Part shown: piece by piece, positions 23,701 to 30,541 of the stretch
Layout: each line of letters begins with the position of its first letter
How positions within the stretch are numbered: position 1 is the first letter of the stretch
NCBI GenBank assembly: GCA_003858585.1
Contig: RQZE01000002.1
Span: 30,001 to 62,000, forward strand
DNA length: 32,000 nucleotides
Source: Erysipelotrichaceae bacterium OH741_COT-311
GTDB taxonomy: Bacteria > Bacillota_I > Bacilli_A > Erysipelotrichales > Erysipelotrichaceae
Direction: 5' to 3'
The notes under the pieces: generated by a model
What the model was told of the DNA's origin: nothing
What the model saw: the letters and a program-made list of their open reading frames with translations, nothing else
Database searches by the model: none
Made by a program: the position numbers and the translations under genes

Positions 23701-26504
23701 GAACATATGGTCGTGAAAATGACCATCTGGATTTGATTAATCGCTATGATGACAGTTTAAATTTTGTAAAGACTATTTTTAATGAGTATTTACAAGGAAG
23801 TGATCCGGTTTTCGATTTGGATACTACAATTCATATTGGAGCGGATGAGTACACTGCAGATGGCAATGCTTATCGTCGTTTCAGTAAAGATTTATTAAAA
23901 TTTATCGAAGATTCAGGACGTAAACCTCGCATTTGGGGTAGTTTATCACAAATTAAAGGTAGTGTGGAAGTGTTAGGTTCCGGGTATGAAATGAACTTAT
24001 GGAATGCTACATGGTCAAATATGAAAGAAATGTATGATTTAGGATTTGATTTAATCAATTCTAATGATGGTCAATACTATATTGTGCCAAATGCTGGATA
24101 TTATTATGACTATCTATCACCATCTATACTTTATAACGATGAAATTAATCATATTGGAGGTCATTTTATTCCTGCAGGGGATGCTCAAATGTTAGGAGGA
24201 TCGTTTGCTGTTTGGAATGATATGATCGATATATTAGACAATGGTGTAAGTGAATATGATGTCTATGTAAGAATTAAACCGGCTATGCCACTTTTCGCTG
24301 CGAAATTATGGGGAAAAGGTCAATACAGTTTAAATAAGGCAATCGCAACTTCACAAACTTTACAAGAAGTTCCAAATACAAATTTTGATTATCTGGAGTC
24401 TATGACAAATGATACTTTGTTACATTATCCATTCTATGATTTAAAAGATGTATCAGGTAATCAACGAGATATTCTTACTACTAAGAATGCCTCAATCGAG
24501 GAAGTGGATGGTAAAAAAGCTCTTCACTTACATGGGCAAGAAAGCTATGTGAAAACACCACTTACAACAGTAGGGTTAAATAATACTTTGTCCTTCAAAG
24601 TAAAGCGTTTATCTACTAGTGATCAAGAGCAAATTTTACTGGAAAGTCCATATGGAAGCATAAAGGCTGTTCAATTAGAAACAGGAGCAGTTGGGTTTAG
24701 CCGAGAGGGCTATCACTATTCATTTCATTACACATTACCTGTTAATCAATGGGTAGAATTAACTTTTGAAAATCATCTTGATCTTATGAAGTTATATGTT
24801 GATGGGAAATTGGTGGATGTGATTGGTGATAATGAAAAGGTAGGATCAAGACCACTTTTAGCGACAATGATGTATCCGGTACAATACATTGGAAGTCAAA
24901 CAAAGGCATTTGAAGGGTATGTATCGAATGTAAAAGTAGGAAAACGTTCTTCCTTTGTATCTTCTGTGGAGATTGATCATTTATTAGCTAAGGTTAATCA
25001 TTTAGGTTTACAAGATAAAGCGCTATTAGAAGCTACGCAAGAGGTATTGAAGAAATATCATCCGAATAGCAATGAAGTGGAAGATGTTATCAAGCAATTA
25101 CAAGAGTTGTTGAAAAAAGCGGATTATAAAAAAGCAGATTATCGTCGCATAGAAGAGTATAAAGCGCTTATTCCAAATGATTTATCTATCTTTACAGATG
25201 AAAGCGTTGCATCTTTGAAACAGGTTTTAGATAGCATTAAACCAAATCTTCCAAGAGGAATGCAAGTAACAGTAAATCACTATGAACGTACACTTAAAAA
25301 AGCGTTGGATCAATTGGTATTAAAACCATATAAAAATGCAAATTATTATGATGTATCGAACTTAAATATTACGGCTTCATCCAATCAGAATCAAGAAGAT
25401 GTTCCGCAAAAAGCGTTTGATGATAATCCAAATACGATCTGGCATACAAGATGGTCTATTACAACAATGCCACATTGGATTCAAATGGAACTTACAGAAA
25501 ATGCAGTGATTAGCGGTATTTCTTATCTACCTAGAACGACAGGATCGTTAAATGGAACCATTTTAAAATATCGTTTAGAGAAGAGTGACAACGGAAGTGA
25601 TTATGAAGTTGTTACATCAGGAACATTTAAGAAGGATCGTAATGAAAAAATAATTACGTTTGCTCCAACAACAGCACGTTTCTTTAAACTTTATGTATTG
25701 GAAGCTGTAAATAATAATGCTTCTGCTGCAGAAATTAAGTTATTGCGTAATGATGTTTTGGCAGATAAGGACGGCTTACAAGATATCCTTCATCGTGTTG
25801 AAGCACACTATTTGGATAGTTATACACCGGAAAGCGTTGCACAATTAAACGAAATAGTAGCACAGGCAAAAGAATTGTTGAAGCAAGATCAACCTGATAG
25901 TTCAGATGTTGAACAGGCAAAACGTCAAATAGCATTCCGCTTTGCTCGTTTACAATTAAAAGAATATCAACCGACTTCTAAGGAAGAGCTAAAAGGTATG
26001 ATAAAACATATTCAAGCCTTACCTCAAACAAACTATACACCAGAATCTTTTGCAGGTGTAAAACAAGCGTATGATCAAGCACAAGAATTATTGAAGTATG
26101 ATCATATTACAGAGGATGAATTAACAGAAGTGTTGAATACACTAAAACAAGCTTTAAAGAATTTAAAGGTGAAACCTTTAAAACCAAGTGTAACCGTACA
26201 AGAGCAAGAGAGTGTTGTGATTACAACAACACCAACTGTTAAAGATGTGGTTGCTTCTAGTAAGGTAAAAGTAAAAGTTGATACTACAACTTCGACAACT
26301 CTACAAGAAGAATCAACAACATCCACTGAAACAGTTACAACAAGTGAAAGTACAAAAGAAGAAACACCAACAACGGCAATAGAGTCTATACAAGAAGATA
26401 AGCCATCTACGAATAATAACTTATTGGTTTATTTAGGTGTAGTAGGAGCTGTAGCCGGTGCTATCTTATTATTTGTATTATGGTTACTAAAGAAACAATC
26501 TTAA
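20712..26504 (+). CDS. Giant secreted, membrane-anchored glycoside hydrolase family 20 (beta-N-acetylhexosaminidase or lacto-N-biosidase-like) with multiple F5/8 type C (CBM32-like) modules
   Basis: About 1,930 aa from the ATG at 20712 (RBS AAGAGGTGA), arranged as follows:
- Signal peptide MGRKLMKFMLSLALLMAMIPLNNLAVSVYA.
- Three tandem discoidin-like modules plus a fourth divergent one (about 22207-22640).
- GH20 catalytic core: RGFILDVGRKTF, FHIHLNDN, VPEIDTPAHS, and HIGADEY with the Asp-Glu pair at 23844-23849.
- A LamG/ConA-like module (WVELTFENHLDLMKLYVDGKLV).
- Helical FIVAR-like repeats.
- A fifth F5/8 type C module (about 25350-25755).
- A Thr/Ser/Glu-rich stalk.
- A C-terminal TM helix LLVYLGVVGAVAGAILLFVLWLL plus KKQS, with no LPXTG. 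Confidence 0.88.
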   Translation: MGRKLMKFMLSLALLMAMIPLNNLAVSVYAKEEVNLALNKPVTASGEDAEYGFLASKAVDGIVNQEKADRWAYEMQPPQFLRVDLESKSEIKGFRIVAENDNDQRIGQFKIEGSNDDQEYTLIYQSEDKSTEGYPGDLQFSVDGDHQYRFVKITIEKLKHGAYPSVSLREFEVRGYQPDSTEPTVDLNSFDNLALNKNVVASGEDVQYGFAASKAVDGIVNDDSKARWAYEQAAPQFLRVDLEKISELKGFRIVSENDGAQRIGQFKIEGSNNDRDYTLIYQSEDKSEEGFVQDYRFVVDGNHQYRYVKITIEKLKHGAYPSISLREFEVRGILGSDTGESTPSSYTNIAKGKTVTASQQASQYGMSAEKAVDGIVNDAKRDRWSAEAPPEQWLEVDLQASSEIKGFRLVSENDDTQRIALFKIEGSNNKVDYDVLYQSEDKFEEGYPQDTSFSVDVKKHYRYIKVSVQKMKKNAYPSVSLREFEIIGAIKGELIQDDNENVALGKLVVTSGEEAVSLNGSKLVDGDKTSRNSRWASKTTGAPHWMYIDLGSEKNIKSLHLYWEGRKATSYEIQLSNDPALNDWRSVKSFNQIPTNKFQKVVLDQVERARYVRLLVNQFQSLDLDSGIDWPNISLYEVEIYGGVGKETMNDVASAIQIETPAFGAKKLLVHLPDSEAFDVKYNGTDIEQIVNDQLEIYQPFVDKTVKVSFKITNKATKEYVFKEIPVTVLGKYRDQLGSNQAPNVLPEVSEWVGKEGVYQIQDTTKVVVLDPRLQEVAQVFINDYKDLTGNTLSLATQAKAGDIVFTMTNDASFGLQKEGYILDVEDQVTITAYDTVGAFWATRTILQSILHDQQLPKGIVRDYPLYAVRGFILDVGRKTFTLEYLKQVVKLMAWYKLNDFHIHLNDNLIPLENYSRANKDPMTAYSGFRLESDIKQGGENGLYQADLTSKDVWYSKEDFKQFIHESRIYGVQIVPEIDTPAHSLALTKVRPDLRHGTYGRENDHLDLINRYDDSLNFVKTIFNEYLQGSDPVFDLDTTIHIGADEYTADGNAYRRFSKDLLKFIEDSGRKPRIWGSLSQIKGSVEVLGSGYEMNLWNATWSNMKEMYDLGFDLINSNDGQYYIVPNAGYYYDYLSPSILYNDEINHIGGHFIPAGDAQMLGGSFAVWNDMIDILDNGVSEYDVYVRIKPAMPLFAAKLWGKGQYSLNKAIATSQTLQEVPNTNFDYLESMTNDTLLHYPFYDLKDVSGNQRDILTTKNASIEEVDGKKALHLHGQESYVKTPLTTVGLNNTLSFKVKRLSTSDQEQILLESPYGSIKAVQLETGAVGFSREGYHYSFHYTLPVNQWVELTFENHLDLMKLYVDGKLVDVIGDNEKVGSRPLLATMMYPVQYIGSQTKAFEGYVSNVKVGKRSSFVSSVEIDHLLAKVNHLGLQDKALLEATQEVLKKYHPNSNEVEDVIKQLQELLKKADYKKADYRRIEEYKALIPNDLSIFTDESVASLKQVLDSIKPNLPRGMQVTVNHYERTLKKALDQLVLKPYKNANYYDVSNLNITASSNQNQEDVPQKAFDDNPNTIWHTRWSITTMPHWIQMELTENAVISGISYLPRTTGSLNGTILKYRLEKSDNGSDYEVVTSGTFKKDRNEKIITFAPTTARFFKLYVLEAVNNNASAAEIKLLRNDVLADKDGLQDILHRVEAHYLDSYTPESVAQLNEIVAQAKELLKQDQPDSSDVEQAKRQIAFRFARLQLKEYQPTSKEELKGMIKHIQALPQTNYTPESFAGVKQAYDQAQELLKYDHITEDELTEVLNTLKQALKNLKVKPLKPSVTVQEQESVVITTTPTVKDVVASSKVKVKVDTTTSTTLQEESTTSTETVTTSESTKEETPTTAIESIQEDKPSTNNNLLVYLGVVGAVAGAILLFVLWLLKKQS
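20811..22182 (+). repeat. Three tandem coding repeats of about 430-470 nt, encoding F5/8 type C (CBM32-like) modules
   Basis: Approximate units are R1 20811-21239, R2 21281-21709 and R3 21751-22182. Shared blocks include ASKAVDGIVN, FLRVDLE, IKGFRIV.END..QRIGQFKIEGSN, LIYQSEDKS and KITIEKLKHGAYPS.SLREFEVRG. R1 and R2 are the closest pair, and R3 is more diverged. Confidence 0.85.
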
Positions 26505-26507
26505 TGT

Positions 26508-26540
26508 AAAAGAAGGAAGTTTTCCTTCTTTTTACTTTTT
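26508..26540 (+). terminator. Rho-independent terminator after the GH20 gene
   Basis: AAAAGAAGGAA-gtt-TTCCTTCTTTT followed by a T-rich run. Confidence 0.75.
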
Positions 26541-26579
26541 CTAATTTAATGGTAAGATGAAAGAAAGAGGAGGGCTCTT

Positions 26580-27356
26580 ATGAAGTTGTATGAATATGGA
26601 ATGATCAATCCAACAACCTTGTTGTTTTTTGCAAGTTGTATTTTAGAGCCTTATTGGGCATATCAAGAAAGCATTGCAATACTTGCACAACGTTATCATG
26701 TTTACGTCATGGTGCCGGATGGTCATGATGTCGATACAAAAGAAGACTTTACTTCCATTGAAAAGAACATAAAAGAGCTTGTAAAAGAATTAAACAGACG
26801 AAACATTCAACATTTTGATGTTGCTTATGGATTAAGTATGGGTGGATCCATGTTACTTCATCTTGTAACCACGGCTACCATATCGATGAATCACATCATC
26901 ATTGATGCAGGGATTACCCCTTATGCTTATCCAAAGTGGATATGTAAAGTCATCTTATGGAAAGATGTCTTTTTGGCAACCATCATCAAAAACAATCGTT
27001 GGCTTGTAGAGCGTTTATTTCCTCCTTCAAGGTATACCGTTAAGGGTCATGATGCCAAAGAGGAATATGATCGTTTGATGCAGTTTTTCAAGACATATTC
27101 TCAAACAACATTAAAAAATGCTTTTTATTCGGCTAATAATTACTACTTACCTAAAAAAGCACCTTATACAGATAGTAAGATTATATATTGGTATGGTGAG
27201 TTAGAAAGAAAACAACGCAAAAAAGATATTGCATTTATTAAACACTACTTACCACAATGCAAGTGTAAACAGATTGATGGGTATAATCATGGAGAGTTAA
27301 TGTTTGCACATCCGAAAGAGTTTTATAATCATGTTCAAGCCTTTTTAACAATATAA
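26580..27356 (+). CDS. Alpha/beta-fold hydrolase
   Basis: 258 aa with a nucleophile elbow GLSMGG and a C-terminal IDGYNHGE that is a candidate catalytic His region. RBS AGAGGAGGG lies upstream. Confidence 0.7.
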   Translation: MKLYEYGMINPTTLLFFASCILEPYWAYQESIAILAQRYHVYVMVPDGHDVDTKEDFTSIEKNIKELVKELNRRNIQHFDVAYGLSMGGSMLLHLVTTATISMNHIIIDAGITPYAYPKWICKVILWKDVFLATIIKNNRWLVERLFPPSRYTVKGHDAKEEYDRLMQFFKTYSQTTLKNAFYSANNYYLPKKAPYTDSKIIYWYGELERKQRKKDIAFIKHYLPQCKCKQIDGYNHGELMFAHPKEFYNHVQAFLTI

Positions 27357-27375
27357 AAACCACCTAAGGTGGTTT
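27355..27375. terminator. Hairpin between the convergent hydrolase and cupin genes, a probable terminator
   Basis: AAACCACC-taa-GGTGGTTT. The T-run is adequate only for the minus-strand transcript. Confidence 0.5.
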
Positions 27376-27694
27376 AGAAAATAACAGTTAATAACATTTT
27401 GAATTTTGTTAAAGCATAAACACTGTGTGGCACGGCTGCAGGAAGAATAATGGCTTGTCCTTCTTGTAATGTGTAAGTAACATCTTCAATGGTAACCTTA
27501 GCACTTCCTTCCAAGATTTGTACGAGAGCATCTCCTGATGAAGAGTGTGTGCCTATTTCTTCGTCAATGTCAAAGGAAAATAACGTTAAAGTAACATTGT
27601 TGTTTTGAGAAAGAGTTTTACTAACAATTTGTCCATCTTGATAAGCGATCAAAGATGCTAAGTTTAATACAGTACGTTTATCTATATTTTTCAT
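27374..27694 (-). CDS. Cupin-domain protein
   Basis: 106 aa. Cupin_2-like motifs are present (EEIGTHSSSGDALVQILEGSAKV and GQAIILPAAVPHSVYA). The first metal motif is partly degenerate, with H-S in place of HxH. Confidence 0.7.
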   Translation of the reverse strand: MKNIDKRTVLNLASLIAYQDGQIVSKTLSQNNNVTLTLFSFDIDEEIGTHSSSGDALVQILEGSAKVTIEDVTYTLQEGQAIILPAAVPHSVYALTKFKMLLTVIF

Positions 27695-27739
27695 ACACTT
27701 CTCCTTATCTACATTATAACAAACAAAGGTTCATTCCAT

Positions 27740-28279
27740 TTATTTTAGTTTTAAACTATGCATAAAACGTTTGATTTTAGATGGAGCATTTTCATGAAAA
27801 TTTAATTGATATTTATCAAGGATTTCAAGAAATTCTTCCATCGATTCATTATGACTATCTTTTAATTCATATTCCAATTCATAATCTTCCATTCCGTTGT
27901 ATTGATTAAAATCAACACATAAAATGCCTTCTTTCATTTCTAGTTCACTACGATAAGTGACTAAGAAACCTAGATACTTAGGATCGTTTATTTGAAAGTG
28001 TTGAAAGAGTTCTTGAATGCGAACATCATTAAAATTAAATTCATGGAGTTTAAATTCGTATTCATTGTGTCCAACATCAAGTTTTTCTTTTAATGTAAAG
28101 ATATAATCATCATGAATAACACGAATACGCATCGCTAAACCTTTTTCTTTTAATGATGGAATGGTATCGAAATAATGATTCACTTGTTTGGTTGTTTTTA
28201 ATGGATAATCCTCTAAGAGTCTATGATAGAGGTCTTCATTAATCATTAATTTATATTCAATTTCTACAAATGGTTTCAT
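27740..28279 (-). CDS. CYTH-domain protein (triphosphate tunnel metalloenzyme family, YjbK-like)
   Basis: An ExExK motif occurs at the N-terminus (MKPFVEIEYKL), with alternating acidic/basic beta-strand patterns (RIRV, ELEYELK). I favour the ATG at 28279, behind AAAGGA, giving 179 aa. The 42-aa hydrophobic extension in the track (start 28405) is likely spurious. Confidence 0.8.
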   Translation of the reverse strand: MKPFVEIEYKLMINEDLYHRLLEDYPLKTTKQVNHYFDTIPSLKEKGLAMRIRVIHDDYIFTLKEKLDVGHNEYEFKLHEFNFNDVRIQELFQHFQINDPKYLGFLVTYRSELEMKEGILCVDFNQYNGMEDYELEYELKDSHNESMEEFLEILDKYQLNFHENAPSKIKRFMHSLKLK

Positions 28280-28485
28280 AATTTTTCCTTTATGTTTACA
28301 TGTTTCCATTATATCGTTGTTCCCCTTCAAAAGCAATTTACTAATAAAAAATAAGAAGGAAATGAAGTATAATAAAAGCATAGAGTTTAATAGGAGCAAA
28401 GACATGAAATAGAATCAGAAATTAACCTTTTCCATTTCCAATACGTTGATGGTTGGTTATATGTTATTTGAAAAAAGGAGAAAAC

Positions 28486-29262
28486 ATGAGTATGAAAACC
28501 TATTGTGTGATTCATCGTTTAGATGAAACAAGTGCAAAGATTAAAGAATATGTATGTAAAGAGTTAGAAGGACATTTCAAGTATGATGAAAAGTGTCCAA
28601 AACTTTGTATTGCTATTGGTGGTGATGGAACTTTACTGTATGCGATTCATCGTTTTATCCATTGTTTAGATCATGTTGAGTTTATTGGTTTACATAGTGG
28701 AACCTTGGGATTCTTTAGTGATTATTGTTTGGATGAAGTGGATGATTTATTAACAGATTTAAAGACTAAGGATGGCTTTGTTAGTAAGCATCCTTTGATC
28801 GAAGCGATTACAGATACTAATAAAACTTACTATGGAGTCAATGAAGTGCGTTTGGAAGATGTAGTACGTGCTCAAACTTTAGATGTGTATATCAACGGTG
28901 AATATCTGGAATCGTTTCGTGGTAATGGAATGTTGGTGTGTGGACAGTTGGGGTCAACTGCTTACAATCGAACATTGAATGGTAGTATCGTATCTAATGA
29001 AGTTGAGGCATTACAATTAACGGAAATTGCAGGTTTGAATCATGGACGTTTTCGTAGCTATCGATCAAGCATTCTTTTTAAAGACACTACGGAGTTTCGA
29101 TTTGAAAATCGTCATTTTAAAGGAGTAAGTTTATTAGCGGATCAATATGAATATAAATTAGATCAGGAGAAAAGTGTTATCATCAAAAAGTCAAATTTAT
29201 CTTTTAAAATGTTACGTTTTAAACAAATTTCTTATATTCAACGACTCAAAACATTATTGTAA
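28486..29262 (+). CDS. nadK: NAD kinase
   Basis: The GGDGTLL motif is present, together with GVNEVRLED and the STAYNRTLNGSIV region. I favour the ATG at 28486, which lies 5 nt after GGAG. The track start at 28453 is a TTG with no RBS. Confidence 0.92.
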   Translation: MSMKTYCVIHRLDETSAKIKEYVCKELEGHFKYDEKCPKLCIAIGGDGTLLYAIHRFIHCLDHVEFIGLHSGTLGFFSDYCLDEVDDLLTDLKTKDGFVSKHPLIEAITDTNKTYYGVNEVRLEDVVRAQTLDVYINGEYLESFRGNGMLVCGQLGSTAYNRTLNGSIVSNEVEALQLTEIAGLNHGRFRSYRSSILFKDTTEFRFENRHFKGVSLLADQYEYKLDQEKSVIIKKSNLSFKMLRFKQISYIQRLKTLL

Positions 29263-29263
29263 T

Positions 29264-29288
29264 AAAAAAGGATGCATAGCATCCTTTA
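29264..29288. terminator. Bidirectional hairpin terminator between convergent nadK and rodA/ftsW
   Basis: AAAGGATGC-ata-GCATCCTTT is flanked by A-/T-runs. It overlaps the minus-strand stop codon. Confidence 0.6.
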
Positions 29289-30479
29289 GTGTTTTAAGGC
29301 AAGTTTATTTTCACTTGCCATGTAGAAGACAATAGCAAATGGTATAAAGTAAGACATAATACTGCTTCCTCCATAAGAAATGAGTGGAAGTGTAATACCT
29401 GTAATGGGTAGTAAACCAATAATCATAGAGATATTTTGAATTTGTTGGAAGATTAACATACCTAATAGTCCTGCCATCATGATTTTTTCTTTTTCTGATT
29501 TATGATTCATCGCAATATCAATGAGCTTAATATCAAAAATAGTAATGATAACTACCACAAGGCTGGTACCAATAAAGCCGAAATTTTGTCCTATTACTGC
29601 AAAGATAAAGTCGGTCTGCGGTTCGGCAAAGGAAATGACTAATTGATTTAAGGCGTGACCATTTAGTCCTCCTGATCCAAGAGCGGCAATGGATGTATAA
29701 AGTTGATTTCCATATGTCAGGTAGTATTTATCAGTTTGTAACCATCCATAAAAGCGTTGTAGTTTATAGCTGCTTCCCATCAATTTTCCGAGTAATGAAG
29801 GATGGAAATAGAAAAGATAGAGTACAGTTGCAAATAATAGCACTACAAAAATTAAACCAATCCATATCCATTCCTTGCGTATGCCTCCAATCATCAGCAT
29901 GGTCGCAATACTTACCACGATGACAATCGGAATGCCTGTATCTGGCTGTAACACAATGAGAATGAGTGGTAATGTGATAACTTTTAAAATTTTGAAGAAT
30001 AATTCAAAGTCTGAGCTAAAACTCATGGCATTTTTTTCTAAGTTATGATTATAGATAACATTAGAACATTGTAGGATTAAGACGACTTTCATAAATTCAC
30101 TAGGTTGGATAGAACCGATTTTTGGTAAAATAATCCATGCGGTTGTTCCATTGATGGGACGTATAAAGAGATCCGGCAAATTAAAGAGAAACTTATCAAT
30201 TAAAAGTAACACCAATAGTCCAATTAAAATCCAATAAAAAATACTAACTGCGGTAAAGAGTCTATCTACACCAAGTTTTATAAGGAAGTAACAGACAATA
30301 AAAGAAATGATGTACCACATGAGTTGTTTTTGCCAAAGGTTACTTCCACGTAAGTTACTTGCCATAATGGGATCCGCTAAGTAGATACTTATAATACTTA
30401 TGGTAGCGATAATCAATATAAAAATGATTAAGGAATAATCATAAATAAATTTCTTTTTTGCTTGAGGAATTTGACGCAT
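29286..30479 (-). CDS. SEDS-family peptidoglycan glycosyltransferase (FtsW/RodA/SpoVE)
   Basis: 397 aa and polytopic. The signature near the C-terminus is LPITGITLPLISYGGSSIM, and FIFAVIGQNFGFIG is also present. RBS AAGGAG precedes the ATG at 30479. Confidence 0.9.
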   Translation of the reverse strand: MRQIPQAKKKFIYDYSLIIFILIIATISIISIYLADPIMASNLRGSNLWQKQLMWYIISFIVCYFLIKLGVDRLFTAVSIFYWILIGLLVLLLIDKFLFNLPDLFIRPINGTTAWIILPKIGSIQPSEFMKVVLILQCSNVIYNHNLEKNAMSFSSDFELFFKILKVITLPLILIVLQPDTGIPIVIVVSIATMLMIGGIRKEWIWIGLIFVVLLFATVLYLFYFHPSLLGKLMGSSYKLQRFYGWLQTDKYYLTYGNQLYTSIAALGSGGLNGHALNQLVISFAEPQTDFIFAVIGQNFGFIGTSLVVVIITIFDIKLIDIAMNHKSEKEKIMMAGLLGMLIFQQIQNISMIIGLLPITGITLPLISYGGSSIMSYFIPFAIVFYMASENKLALKH

Positions 30480-30488
30480 AATATCTCC

Positions 30489-30516
30489 TTGTTTATTGCT
30501 TGGTAGTCATTATAAT
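30489..30516 (+). promoter_or_regulatory. Candidate promoter of the PTS EIICB-like gene
   Basis: -35 TTGTTT (30489-30494), a 16-nt spacer, then -10 TATAAT (30511-30516). RBS AGGAGGTGA at 30529-30537. Confidence 0.45.
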
Positions 30517-30541
30517 GGTATCATATTTAGGAGGTGATGGC

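Noticed and set aside
21629-26326. Several minus-strand ORFs of 62-112 aa inside the GH20 gene, and one plus-strand ORF (29693-29923) inside the rodA/ftsW gene.
   Set aside because: They lie antisense to well-supported CDSs and show no translation signals or motifs.
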